From Chrysomallon squamiferum (taxonomy: Eukaryota; Animalia; Mollusca): a DNA stretch of 64,000 nucleotides. The stretch is taken from the NCBI GenBank assembly GCA_012295275.1, contig CM022672.1, positions 6,758,001-6,822,000 of the forward strand. Reading direction: 5' to 3'. The translations under genes and the position numbers were made by a program. Below are positions 35,301 to 51,178 of this stretch, in pieces. The notes under the pieces are model-generated. The model was not told the origin of the DNA and did not search any database. It saw nothing but the letters and a program-made list of their open reading frames with translations. Position 1 is the first letter of the stretch, and every line of letters begins with the position of its first letter.

Positions 35301-38300
35301 AAAATAAACTGATTTTAGAAGCTTTAACAATTTCACATAACGAATTGTGAAAATGTGTCTTATAATTAAGATAATTCTAATTTAATGAGGAAAGATTAAC
35401 AGATGAACTCACATAAGCACGTAATACCAAGAGGCGGCCACATCTTTGAAAAACATTTCACCATATTCCTTGTACTTGTAGAATTTTGCAAGTTGACTGA
35501 AAAAAAAAAAAATAACAAAAAAAATATATAAAAAAAAAAAAAATAATAATAAATAAATTAAAAAATAATAAAAAAAAAGAAAAAGAAAAATGAAATTAAT
35601 TGAATGAAATAAAAAAAAAAATATATATATATATATATAATTTAAAAAATTAATAATAATAAAAAACAAACAATTAAAATATATAATAAATAAAAAATAA
35701 AATAGAATAAAAAGGAAACTCTAAATTTAAACTAGAGCTAAAAGAAATAATAATAATAACAATAATAATAATTATAATATTATAATATAAAATAAAAATA
35801 ATGATGTTAATGTTAACATGCTGATGAAGACACTAATAATTATTATTATCATAGTAATCATAATATTTATTTAAACCAGAGACAAAATTACAGTGATAAA
35901 GGCTCCCATTTGATCTTCTACAAACATTATATATTTAATAAAAATTAATTATAAAAGATAAATAAAAGAACAACATATACTAGCATTCAACAATTGAAAA
36001 ACATAACACTAAAAACTTAATTATACATATTCATTAAACGTCCCAATTACTCTAAAGATAAGACAACTGCGTAATCAAATGTATCACAATTGTTTTTTGT
36101 TTTGTTTTTTTTCATGAATTTTACTCTGTCCTCATCAACAATGGATTAAAAAAAAAAATAATAATAATAATTTAAATGGATTTAATAATTATGCAGTTTA
36201 AAATGTGTGTTAAATAATGTGAAGCGTACACTGTGGCATTCTCCAGCAGAGTTCCGGTCACTGTCTCGTTCAGGTGGTTCACAATGGCTGTTCCATTACT
36301 TGAAACAAGTGCACTGCCCATGTCAAGAAGCTTGTTAAAAATAGCAGGGATACATCGACTGACCACTGAAAGGGGAAAAAAAGAATAAATTAATGGACAA
36401 ATGGATGAATGGATGAAAACAGATGAATAAATAAATGGATGGATGGATGAATTAATGAATGACTGAATGGATGAATGATTAACAAATCATTAAATGTCAG
36501 ACATACAGTTCTTGGACAGATGATATGAGAGAGGAAACCCACTGTTACCACTCCATGGGTTATTCTCACTGATAAGCAAAAAGGAATATTTCATATAAAC
36601 CTTCTTGTAGACAGTAAAACAAATATTAAGGCTCTTTACAAAAAACCTGATAAGTTATAAATATATATATATATATACAAGAAGTATCTATTTACTTACT
36701 TGTTTTATTTCATTTCATTTCATTTTATTTTATTATACTTTACTTTATTTTATTTCACAGAATATGTAACTTTTTATTTGTTTTGTTTTATTTTTATTTA
36801 TTATTATTTATTTTTTTAAATTTAATTTTATATATTTTTTAATTTTTTAATTATTTTTTTATTAATTTATTTTTTACTCTACATCATGGATTAAAACAGC
36901 AGTAATAAAAGAAACTCTACATGTGTATTTTATTATCACTAAAACATCTGGTGACTAACAAATAAAACAATTCTAACTTGCTCTTTATTTACTGAGAGAT
37001 GTATTCTGCATCAACTCTCAACTGTTGTATTTTTTTTTGTCAGTATGTTACTGACATTCAGACTTGCATGCAGCACACACAGACAGACACACTGAAAATG
37101 TGTATATTTATTGAAAATATATGTTTCATTTATGTATATGATGTCATAATAGATACACACAATACACACACATATACACAAGTGTATATATATGTATGTG
37201 AGTGTATATATATATAAATATATATATATATATACATACACACACACACATCAGTCATACATAGAACTACACAATTTCACAAAAAATACACACACACACA
37301 CACACATATATATACATACATACATACATACATATATATATGCATACAGACACAAAAATACATATTCATACAGAGCTATCTTTTCTCTCATGAGTGTCAT
37401 AAGTAAAACTACACAGTGTCATAACACACACACACACACACACAAACACACATTTCTGCTGGTGGATCCGTTATAAGTTAGGTTACATAAAATAACACAA
37501 AGCTCATGGTTTAATGTTTACCAGATTTTGATTCCACATAGTAAGCAGCACAGTCCTCATTTTTGACTAGATCTTTGATGTTCCTTGTAGTCTGAAAAAC
37601 ATAGTTATATTTTACACATGCACACCAGCAGGCCTTCATGCATAAAATGTTAATAAGCTGAATAACAAGTAAATATCACTGCCAAAATGCAGAAACTTGA
37701 TTCACCATGGGATTGTCAATCATATATTTATGAATACATATAATGATATATACGTATGTTTGTAGCTACTACTACAAAGCAACAATAATAGTGATGTGTA
37801 GTTACAACTAAACAATGTTAGATCCAAAACTGGGACATTTACTGAATTTGTAACTGTGCACGCAGAAACCTAAAAATGGGACATTTACAGAATATGTAAC
37901 TGTGCACGCAGAAACCTAAAAATGGGACATTTACAGAATATGTAACTGTGCACGCAGAAACCTAAAAATGGGACATTTACAGAATATGTAACTGTGTACA
38001 CAGAAATTTAAAACTGGAACATTTACAGAATTATAACTGTGTACACAAAAATCAATAAAAGACAACAAATATGATTCCTGACAAGGCTGGAAGTTCTGAT
38101 TAGTTGATGTTTGTGTGATATTTAATTAGTACACATCTCCTGTATCAGACTATATTAGTATCTTACACTGCTTATCTATAACTGTTAATCCTGTGTCTGT
38201 GTGTGTGTGTGTGTGTGTGTGTAATTGTATGTATGCATGTGTGTATGTATGTATGTATGTATGTATGAGTGTTTTTAACTATGTGAATATGTGTGTGTGT

Positions 38301-41137
38301 GTATATCTGTACATGTGTATGTGTGTATATGTGTGTGTGTTTGTGTGTGTGAGTGTGTATGCAAACAGTCTGAATATACATACATTGTGTGCTTTACTAC
38401 AAGCATATATGCCTGTGTGCATTAGCATTCGTATTCATTGCGGTGCTATTTAATGTTACTTCAAGTATGGCATGAACATGGTTGAACTTACATTCAAAGG
38501 TTTGATGTTGTATTTACATATCAGTTTGGAACGTTCATCCGCATCAAATCCTGTAGCTTCCTCTTTCAGAAAGGATTCCAGAAAAACGTAATTACTGTCG
38601 GGACATTTTCTCACACAAACCTGAAATTAAAATAATGCCACAGTATAAGTTTACTTTAATGTACATTTTTAAACAGCTTAAACTGGGTTTTTTCTTTCTT
38701 TGAAAACAAAAAACAAAAAAAGAAACAAACTACAGCAATAAGTTATGTTCTGTTTTAAATTATTATTCTACTTAATAAATAAATAAATAAACCGCCACAT
38801 GTAATATTCTTATTTTTCCCAAACATATAGATGGCTACATGATCAGTTTTCATGTATCAGTTGTTTCCCATCCAGTACTTGGCTTGAAGACTGTTTTACC
38901 AAAATATATGGTGTGAAGTACTCTCATGACTAAGGGAAGGTGCTTATAAAATTTCCAGTAAGAGTAAACAATAGTTTCTATGATTACTATAGAAGAAAAT
39001 GTAATCCACATGGTAAGATGTTCTCTTGCATAAATATTTTTAGAAGCAAAATATATATATATATATATATAATGACCATTAATTTTAAAATAAGCAGACA
39101 TGTAGACATTCTTCAACATTATGCATCCAGGAACAGAAAATAAAGGAATATACAAACAGGTAATACTGTAAAATACATGGCAAACTCTTAGTAATAAATG
39201 TCAAATTATGTTTGAAATATGTTATAGTGAAACAGTAATAAAAGTCAAATATCTAATAGTAAAATATATCAAATACTTACATGTGTAAAAATGTCAAACC
39301 CATAGTAATAAAATCAATCCAGTTTTTTTTTAAAAATGCTTTCTGTAACCAAATTAATTTAAATTTCATCTAGTCATATTATTATATGCTACAAATTATT
39401 TGTTTTAGATGTGTTAATTTCTCCCATGAAATTTATGTCTTTAATATATAAATTTCTGCAACAATTTTTCAGATGTTAAAACCTGACTGAATGTTATTCA
39501 TTAGTTAAATAAGCACAAACGTCACCCAGACTTGAGCTGTGGGTAGTATCAGACCTACATTTTTGGGGGCCCTAAAATTTTAACTCTGTTGTGGGGAGGG
39601 AATTTCGCAAGCTGCGGCGAGATATGGCAACAAGTTATCATCTTCAACAGGTTTGTTGTTCCATTACAGAATGACAATAATGTTTTTTTAACAAATCAGA
39701 TTTGAATTAAAATTTTAATGCAGTCTGAACTGAAGTCACTTTTAGGGCCACTCCAGGATTAATCTTCATCAGTATGACAAAAAATCTACCCTTGCCTGCT
39801 GATACTAATACTACTTATAGTGGATAAATTATGTTAACCAAGCAAATGGACAAAATCTTTTTAATTACTCTTTTACATTAAGAAACATAATAATTTCAGC
39901 TGAGATGTAATTAATTTATACATCAAAAAGTTGTTAAGTCAGTAAGTGAAACTGATCTGAGTGTGAAATATAATTTGTATTTTATGTGTTAGAAAGGTGA
40001 GGAGAATTTAGTACAGATCATCTGAAAGAATAATAATTTGTACACTGATACAAAGTAAGAGGAGTAACGAAAATCAATTAACATTTGACATCTGTTGTGA
40101 GTAATCAATACTAGTTAAATAATAATAATAATAATAATAATAGAAATAATAATGATGATAATGATAATGTTAATAATAATCATGATGATAATCATGATGA
40201 TGATGATGATGATGAAAATTATTCTGTTAATATGATATCAATAATAATACTATTAATGATGTTTAGTTACAAAAATATTTGGCAATAATAAGGATAATAA
40301 AAACCATACTGGTAATGTGATGTTAATAATAATTCTGGTAATAGTGAATAATAATATTACAATTGATAATACTGATTGCAGTAATAACTCAGACAACTTC
40401 ATAATGATAAAAATATTCAGTAAAACTATTTTTTTTGTTTTGTTATTATTATTTTTTTTTAATCTTTTCTAAGACAAATTCAAAGACTGCTGGAAAACAA
40501 GGCTTCAAAAAGATTAATTTTAAAAAGATTTTTCACACAATATAAAAATAATTATATATTTGCTACATCAATATGGCAACTTTCCAAAACAATTAATTAT
40601 TAATTGCCACACAATTATGTAGAGCAGATTGACATGTGCAAATATCATCATTGTCAATACTTTCACATATCTACAGCTTATTGCAATTTCACAACAGAAT
40701 GATAAATGGCTTCATAGTTGATTTTAATCAATATGATACATTAATGAATATAAAAAAAAAAAATGTTACAACAGAAACTGAAAAAATACTCAAGGTTTAT
40801 GGACACATTTTTTATTATTATTAATCTGCCAGTGTTAAAATGGTGTTAATTTATCTTCTATAAAAAAGAATTATTTGCATTTAATTTTTATATCACGAAT
40901 GATTTAACCACCCATTTATCCATAAACAAATGGCCATAAAAAGAAATAAAATGTAATTAAATTTTATATCAAATTAATTAACAATTGGCATATTTAAAGG
41001 TACTGCTTTTATACTGTTGAGCATAGCTGGTTATTAAAGAAATAAGGAACTGGTTGTATTCATTATTTAAATTGTGAATTGTTTGATAAGTGGAGTAACA
41101 ATTAACCACGCACACATCTATATATCTATATTTATAT

Positions 41138-41182
<45 letters not shown>

Positions 41183-43310
41183 TACATACATATGTATACA
41201 CATATACACATGCACATATATAAACAAAATTCAATGAAATTGTTATTTCTGATTAGCTCTATTGACAAGTTGCACGTTTTACATGTTTTAGCATATTAAA
41301 ATACCAACAGCATCAGATTTTATTTACAAATATTATCAATGTACATGTACTGTCATTAACATAAAAAACATCAGCAGATGTTATCTGTAAAACACATTTA
41401 CTGAAATTTCCTGGAAATAAAATACTGTCATCACTATATTAACAAGGCAAATATGAATTTAATTATCTAAATGGAATTTTGATAAAAATATAGGTTGAAA
41501 CTGAAGAAAACTAACAACAACAAAAATAACAAAGAAGAAGTAATATCTGAAATCTTAAAGTTAGTGGTAGAAAACTATAACAGAAATAAAAAAATCTCTT
41601 TCAAAGAATGATGATGGTCAGTATGAATTGTATTGTAACAGGAGCAGAAAATAAAAGGTAAAGTACTAATAAAATGTATACTACTAATAAAATATATACT
41701 ACTAATAGCTACAAATAAAAGGTAAAGTACTAATAAAATGTATACTACTAATAAAATATATACTACTAATAAAATGTATACTACTAATAAAATATATACT
41801 ACTAATAGCTACAAATAAAAGGTAAAGTACTAATAAAATATATACTACTAATAAAATATATACTACTAATAGCTACACAAAAGGTAAAGTACTAATAAAA
41901 TGTATACTACTAATAGCTACAAATAAAAGGTAAAGTACTAATAAAATGTATACTACTAATAAAATATATACTACTAATAGCTACAAATAAAAGGTAAAGT
42001 ACTGATAAAATGTATACTACTAATAAAATATATACTACTAACAGCTACAAATAAAAGGTAAAGTACTGATAAAATATATATTACTAATAAAATATATACT
42101 ACTAACAGCTACAAATAAAAGGTAAAGTACTAATAAAATGTGTACTACTAATAAAATGTTTACTACTAATAAAATGTCTCAGTACTGAAGTACTTACTTG
42201 TGGGGTGGGACAGCCAGTGACTATCACAGACACACCTCTCCTAGCACATTCTGTCAGATCAAAAAAGAATAAATAGGGCTTGCCCCTGAAATAATAATAA
42301 TAATAATAATTATAATTAAATGAAATATTTAATTATTGATCTTACAATATTTTTTTTAACATTAGCAAGTTAATAATAATATAAGAAATAGCTTAGAGGT
42401 ATGATGCATGTCTCTGTATACACAAACACATGCACACACACATTCACAAACATTAATACTAACATACCTACAGACACAAACACATACATACTAACATCCA
42501 TTACTATAACCATCATATTTCTATACCTGCAGACAGAAACACACACACGTACATACATGCATACATCTATAATTACATATACAAACACATTAAGTTATAA
42601 ACACATCTACACATCCATATGCAATACGCACACACATACACAAACATATGAGAAACAAAGAGACAGACAGAGACAAATATCCATAAACTTCGGATATTTT
42701 GAAATTCATTTCACATTTTTCATGCTTTAATTTTAGTTCAGAATTTAATGTATCTTACATAGATACCATTAATTTAAATTTTTTTTTTCTTTAATATATC
42801 TTAGAAGTTGCAACATACTTAAGTTCACCAAGTCCACATATATTTCCATTCGAATCAGTAGGATAAATGAGCCGATAAGGATTTCCTCTTGCATATCCTG
42901 TAACAGAGAATAAAAATAACTATTTGATATTTTAATAGATTACTAAAAATTAAATACAGCTAAACCATGTTTACAAGTACTTATACATAAATGTAATAAA
43001 TGTTGATTAAAATGCTTTTAAATACTTTGATATGCTGTTAAAAGAACACAAACATAAATTTTAATTCAATAAATAAAACTAAAGTACTACTGTAATGTTA
43101 AGGTGATGTATACCTGTATTTAATAATAATAATAATAATAATAATTACAATTCTAACAATAACAAACTGACAGATTTCAATTATCATAAAACATTTACAT
43201 GATTTAGAATTTCCTTTTTTTAAAATCTGGGTTTTTTTTATAAACAATACTGTAATATACACAAAAATAACAAAGCTGACAATGGAATATCATTATTTTC
43301 ATTACAAAAA

Positions 43311-43395
<85 letters not shown>

Positions 43396-45332
43396 TAATT
43401 CTGTGTTTTATAATAATGTAAAGGAGAAGAAATACATAACACACTACCAGCCAGTATGATGGTTCTGTTTACTGACTGGCAGCATGATATTTTTATACAC
43501 GACAACCTTCCCATAAACAGGAATGAATTAACAAATGCATAAGATTTTTAATATTAATATTTATTAAGCATCAAACACACAATATTCCACTGATTATTAT
43601 ATATATATATATATGAGGATGCAAACCCCACAGCCTGTTCAATAGACTAAATAATCACACTGATTAACAGTAACATACATCACATATGCACCTTCCAAAA
43701 AAACCCAGGTAAGCACGTACCACAACATTTAATAAATCTGTCATGGAATGGCTGACAGATTGGGAAAATATACTTTTTTTTTTTTTTTTGACACAGTAAA
43801 TAGTAATAGTTATTTTTATTAACTGCAGAGTTTTTCTGGTTTGACATGGTTTTATACATTTATATAAATTTTACACTGTGTATTCCTATTCCTGTTATAC
43901 ATTGTTGATAACTCAAAACAATTTTATTCATACACATTAAGGCGATCTAAAAAAAAAAATATATATATATATATGCTGTATTCGTGACTTGAGGTTGAAA
44001 ATCACAAAAGGACTCTGACTCACAATAGAATCTGTTTAATATTAATGTAGATACTTCACTTCCTTGTCTTTAGTAACAGAAATGTAACCTGATAGACCAT
44101 CATGTTCTTACACAATAGATTTCTCAAAGGTCGTGGGAAAAAGTATAGTTTAAAAGTAAGAGTAGATTCAGGATTGGTAACTGGAGGTTTCCTCTCTATT
44201 GTCTGTCACATTAGTCCAATTTTTAAATGCATTTACAAATATTCAAATATTCATTTAGTTAATAACAACACGAAGAGACTTTTCCCAGTATTTTAAGATA
44301 GTATTGCTGTTGATAATATCCGATCAAAACACGGACAGAAGAACTACTTTCATAAAATTCTGTCCAACATGCGATACATTTGTTAATTCCTCATACCAGT
44401 TCTATCGGTCTGGGATTAAATATTTAATTCATGTGTAATAAGTTTCTTGTGTCCTCTTAAACTCACCAAATACTGAGATGATTACCATTCCAGTAACTAA
44501 CACCAGAAAGAGGATGCAGCAGATGATGTCTGTACACGATCTGAAAGCAAATGTAATAATATTAAAACAACAACAACAACAATATTAATAATAATAATAA
44601 TAAAAAATAAAATAAATGTACACTTAATGAAAATATATATACTTTATAAATATACATTAGATTTATTAAATTTATATTAAGCACACAGTGTATTAAAATA
44701 TTAAATATTTTAAAAACTGTTGGGTCCATTAAGATATAAAATGTTACATACATTTTAAAATATAAGAAGTTCTAAAAGCTGTTACATACATATTCAAAAT
44801 ATATATATTTTTTAAAGTGTTACATGTATTAATTATATAATCATTTCTACAAAATGTTATATACATATTAAAATATAATAAGTTCTAAAAACTGTTACGT
44901 ACATATTACAACATAAAACGTTCTAAAAACTGTTACGTACATATTACAACATAAAACGTTCTAAAAACTGTGCATATAGGTGGAAATCATATTAATGTTA
45001 AGTTCATGGGAACTGGGTGAATGAGAAACAGATGATCAAGATAAAATTACTACAACTGACATTGCAGTGTTAGAAAACAAAGTAAATGGTAGCCTATGAC
45101 ATAAACGTAATGTAAACAGAGAAACGTGTGAAAATATTTTACTTGTTGCACAGATCTTGAAGCTGAATGTAGTGTGTTTATCAGATCTGCTTTTTATTAC
45201 TAGACATTTGCAACACTTTTAACTTCACATATTTACTACAGGAACACACAGACATATACATACAAATATATATCTATACACACACGCATGTATGTATGTA
45301 AATATATATATATGTATGTGTATGTGTGTATA

Positions 45333-45388
<56 letters not shown>

Positions 45389-47910
45389 AACATATGCACA
45401 CACCCAAATTCATTTTTTTTCTCTCTGTCTTAGCCATGTGACAAAATGAATCATCATTTTGAACAGGAATTAAAAATGACATTTATCTACACCACATTAG
45501 AAAAAAAATGTTGTTGATGTCCTAATAATACCAGTAGTAGCAGTGTGTTTAACAGGAATTAATGACAACATATCCTTAAAGATTTCATAAACAACACAGA
45601 TGTCTGCAGAAGATCACTCCGGTGCACTGCGAGGTTCAGAAAGGAAAGTGCAGCACTGGTTGGCCCTGGCTAATTGGTTATCTGCACCGACAGGAAAGCA
45701 TGCACCAAGCCTCCGACACAGAGGTGACACGAGCAGACTGACTCTCTAACCCAACACAGATAACAGATCAGTGGTTTGTGTGTGGCAATGAAGTCTGCTA
45801 GATTAGAGGATCAGTCCTTGCCAAGTCCCAAGGCCTGTTTCCTTGGTAATCATAAATGAAACTGCTATCTTTTGGAAGGAGGTTATAAAATTGAATGTGG
45901 TTGATTAATGGAAAGCAGTAGCAACAGGTTTCTCCAATCAAAATACATTTTTATGAATGATACATAAGTAACAATTAATATCAAAGTGTGGTTGATATGC
46001 TTACTGAAAGATAATTTTATTCATTTTCTGTCACACTGTGTTCAAGAACTGAACTTCAAAAGTTTGTATTATGCATACACTAAGATTATTTTTTATTCTT
46101 TCCCATCCTTTTAGTCCAGTTTTTTTATTTATTTATTTTTTATTATTTATCTGTACATCACAAGACACTGAAACTGCAGGATCATCATTACCCACAAATA
46201 AACAATTCCCAAGTGTTTTTCAAATATCTCCACTTCATGTGTATATGATAGCATGCTTCAGTTAATAAGAGCACTTTTCCTGTTTGCATCATACAGTGAG
46301 GCAATTCATTCAACGAGAAAAAAAATTATTAAAAAATAAATAAAAATGGTTGACACTTTCCTTGAAGCATATTTATATTCTATTTTAACTTGCATATTTA
46401 TTTATTTGCATTGCATATATGTATATATATGCATTGCATAAGTGATATATATTCTATATTATTAAAAGGCAAAGACAGCACAAATTTAGATAATGCATAA
46501 CATTGTAAAAGGCACTCCCCACTGTATAATATATGTCAGTACACTCCTGCAATGTTGTACATTCAGGATCCACAGCATGATTGCTATTTAGTATGCTTTT
46601 ATCAACAAAAAGAAAAAATTTATATATGAATACCACTGTTATACAAACTTCCACTTGTTTTTAATCTGATAAAGAAGTATGGTATCAAAATATTTCCTGA
46701 GTTTTGCTTTAAAATTAAAAATTGGGATGTCTGAAAAACAAAAAAGCTCTTTGTATTAAAACTAAATGTTACTTAATTTTACCCAGTAGTTCCATATAGT
46801 TAAAAATTTAACGACAACAACAACATCAATAAAATAAATAAATAAAGTAAGTGTTTTTCTAACAAAATGTATGACATCACAAAGTTGTGAAATTTGTTTA
46901 AAGAAATTAACCCACCTCATTCTTTTCAAGTGTATAATAATACCAATGACAATTTATGTGGTTTTATTTTTAAATGAAAAACTATTGTTGTTGTGTTTTT
47001 TGCAATTTGTAAAATAATTTAAAAACAACATGTTTTTGAAGATAATTTACAAATAGATTATAAAACATATTATTAACATTAAATGAAAACACTATCTTTA
47101 TTTTGTTTTTACAGTTTGTAAACTCATTTAAAAAGCTAATTAAAAAAAAGATTATAAAAAAGATTTCATTTTGGTTTATATATATTTATTATATAAAAAA
47201 AAATATAGGTTGTCAGTGCTAGAAAACAGTACAGCAATATTTTTATTTAGTTTTTAAAAAATTATTATTATTATTAAGAAAAAAAAAAAGATATATTCAT
47301 TTCTTGGTGTCAACGTTCAGAGACAGGCCCAGTTATTTCACTATAATGGGAAATGTCATTCATTTTGGTGTATATCGTATTTAAGATAAAAGGAATTTCA
47401 TTATAAAGAAACAGAAATAAACAAGAGAAATAAAAAAAAAAGGAAGGGAGCAGTGACACATACAACAACACACAAACATTTTTTCACTCACTTATAGTCC
47501 ATTTGACCTACTCCCCATTTACAAGTTGCCCCCGTATGACATTGTGATTATAATGGTACAATTTAACACATAAATGACATGTCCTAGACCAAAAGAGTTT
47601 ACTGTGTGTTGCTCTGTACAAATTGTGGTTATATTTACAAACTGGTACAGTGATTATTTTTGTTAATAAAAAGTTATATATGTTTGGCTGCAGGGAATTT
47701 GTCAGCTTGACAAACTGACAGGAGTTTATGGTAATGTATAAAAATCAAAGCAAATAATGTTGTTATGTAATTATGATATGACATGGAATTATATATATAT
47801 ACACATACCTTTCCATATGTATACAGATGCACACCCACACCCACATATATATCTATATGTATACTCACATATGTGTACATATATGTGTATATATATAAAA
47901 TATATACTCG

Positions 47911-47942
<32 letters not shown>

Positions 47943-50900
47943 GATGTAATTATATATTCACATATGGTCATGATTAAAATTGTAATGACTGTTTAAAAAT
48001 AATCTTTGATAGACAAACAGCAAAACTGTACTGATTTTCTATAAATTATTCATTTGGATTCAAATTTTAATTTTCTTTGTGAACAAGACTTTAATTGATA
48101 TACAATGAACTACACTTCTGGAAAGATGGAAATCTTTAACCATGGCATGTACTGAAACTGATATTATTTAAATAAGGAAAATTTCCATTAATATACTACA
48201 ATTTAAAATAATGTATGTAATCCAGTTTGAAATAATGTAATGTTCTTTAGTTCACAATCCACAATTCATGAAACTTTAAACTATTTAATTACATGGTGGA
48301 AAACAGTTGTAACAGAGATATTAGAATACATACGGGTCATTCCGTGTCAAATCACCCAAAAAAAAAAGAAATTTAAACCCGACCGTCTCAGATTTTTATA
48401 AAACTTGGTATACTTGTTGACTGGGATCCCACAGCACCAAATCTGAAATTTTAGCTCAATCAGACCAGTGGTATGGGAGATACGGCCCACCGAATTTTGA
48501 GATTTTTGCCAAAAATGGGTGTGACCACCAACCTTAGAACCCTCACATCTCAGGAACTACTGGGCCAATCTTCATAAAATTGGTATTGTTAGAAAGGCAA
48601 AATGACAAGGATACCAAATCTGCCATTTTTGTTTAGTTTGGAAAATACTGGAGTACCTTGACCTTTTGACCTTTGCTATGACCTTGAAACTGACCGTGTG
48701 GATCACGTGATCTTGAGATGACCTTTGTTGAAATTTAATCTCCCACATGTTAACTAAAACATATAAAAGTTTCCTGGGTGTAATATTTTTTGTTTAGCCA
48801 CAATATAGATTTAAAAAATGCACATACATGAAAATAACACCTTTTCAGCCATTAACATCTGATTAACTAAAACCTGAATGATCAATTCTGGATGCTAGGG
48901 ATCACCATCTTTCTTGATCATTGAGTAAGACATTGTAGGCCTACATGTATGCATAAAGTTCACATAAATTTGAGAGAACTAGGTGTTTCTGATGCTTAAC
49001 CTTCTCACTATGTTTGTTTCAAATGCTCACTGTATCCTTCATTCCCAGACACATTCTACTGTTCTCATCACTTTCATTCATTTACTGGAATTTGCTAGTG
49101 AATGGAGTTTGACAGGAGTTTCACCTAAACTCGACAGAATAGAATTCAAATCAAAGTCCTTTTCTGGGGAAACAACAACCAGTGGTTTGTCTGGCAAGTT
49201 ATCACCAAATTCTCCCATTGTAATACCACCCATACTAAAGCCATCCTCTACAGGACCTTTGATTTCTGAAGGGTAATCAGACAGTCACAGCACAACTTGT
49301 CTCCTGGCACTAGTGTCTTTGGAGGATTTACTAAGCATTTGTAAGTGCCCATGCTAACAATTCTTAAAGATCTAGTGCGTGCTTGCTCAGGGTGGCGATT
49401 AAGGGGATCACAACAGTTTTTCTGCAATGTTGAAAATTTGATGAAAAGTTCTTGTTCATGATACTCTTGATGTCCCGTGTTTTGATCCCACTTCAAAGAG
49501 TGAGGAGTTCAACTTCTTCAGTTTTCCATACACTTCGCAACAACTCCTTTTTGATATGATGGTGTTGATAACACACATTTTCAGGAGAGTTAAAGCTGCA
49601 GTTAGCCCTGGAAGAAATAAGGATTTTCAGTATTGGCCTGCACCTTCAATTCAATAGAACAAAGTCAGTGCTTTCCTAAATATTAAATCAAATCCTGAAA
49701 CCCTTTCAGTAAAGTTAAGCAGGTCATAAAATGGCAGCAGAGTACATGTGTTATTGCCAAAGGCCCACAAGTCTTGGGCATTTATGTCAATCTTCTCAAG
49801 TATAAATCACAGTTTATTAAGGTGAAGTAGACCTTGTTCATACTCTGTGCCGAAGACTGGGTGTACAAATACATTATGCAGTACATCACTCGATGACGTC
49901 TGATTTCAGACTGGGTTGTACTGTTGTTGACTGAAACCTTGTTCAAAACCAATGGCAAGGCCCACATGACATGATAAAATTACTTAATAGGTTTTATGAA
50001 ATAAAAATATTGTTTATATATCAACATCTGACATTGTGTCCAACTTAAAAAGCTTCAGATTGTCAAAGAAATGCAGATGAAGAAACTTCTTTGTCTTAAA
50101 CTTCTTTGTCTTAAACTTCTAATTGCCATGTGTTCAATGGGGATTGCACCAGGGAATCTAAAGGAGTTCCTGACCTGCCTGAAGCATCACTTCCTGTTAA
50201 CCCTTTCAGCCTGATTGTGTAGAACATGTCATGCCATTTGGCATCTTTTCATATCCTTCAGGCATTCCTTCAGACATGTCAGATGGGTTTTAACTCCAAA
50301 GATGAGTTTTTAGTCTCAGAAAAAATGTACATTGTAATGCATAGTATCAATCATCCATGCAGGTATGCATTTTTTAAATCTCTATTATGGCTAAACAAAA
50401 AATATTATACCCAGGAAACCTTTATATGTGAACTTTATGCATACATGTAGGCCTACAATGTCTTACTTGATGATCAAGAGAGATGGTGATTCCTAGCATC
50501 CAGAATTGATCATTCAGGTTTTAGTTAATCAGATGTTAATGGCTGAAAAGGTGTTATTTTCATGTATGTGCATTTTTTAAATCTATATTGTGGCTAAACA
50601 AAAAATATTACACCCAGGAAACTTTTATATGTTTTAGTTAACATGTGGGAGATTAAATTTCAACAAAGGTCATCTCAAGATCACGTGATCCACACGGTCA
50701 GTTTCAAGGTCATAGCAAAGGTCAAAAGGTCAAGGTACTCCAGTATTTTCCAAACTAAACAAAATGGCAGATTTGGTATCCTTGTCATTTTGCCTTTCTA
50801 ACAATACCAATTTTATGAAGATTGGCCCAGTAGTTCCTGAGATGTGAGGGTTCTAAGGTTGGTGGCCACACCCATTTTTGGCAAAAATCTCAAAATTCGG

Positions 50901-51106
50901 TGGGCCGTATCTCCCACACCACTGGTCTGATTGAGCTAAAATTTCAGATTTGGTGCTGTGGGATCCCAGTCAACAAGTATACCAAGTTTCATAAAAATCT
51001 GAGACGGTCGGGTTTAAACCATTGGGTGATTTGACACGGAATGACCCATACATACACAAACATATGTATGAGTGTAAGCATGTGTGTGTGTCTGTGCATG
51101 CTTATT

Positions 51107-51178
<72 letters not shown>

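Noticed and set aside
48983-49276. 97-aa plus-strand ORF in the transposon (and its copy at 55361-55654)
   Set aside because: It is the antisense shadow of the decayed minus-strand transposase remnant.
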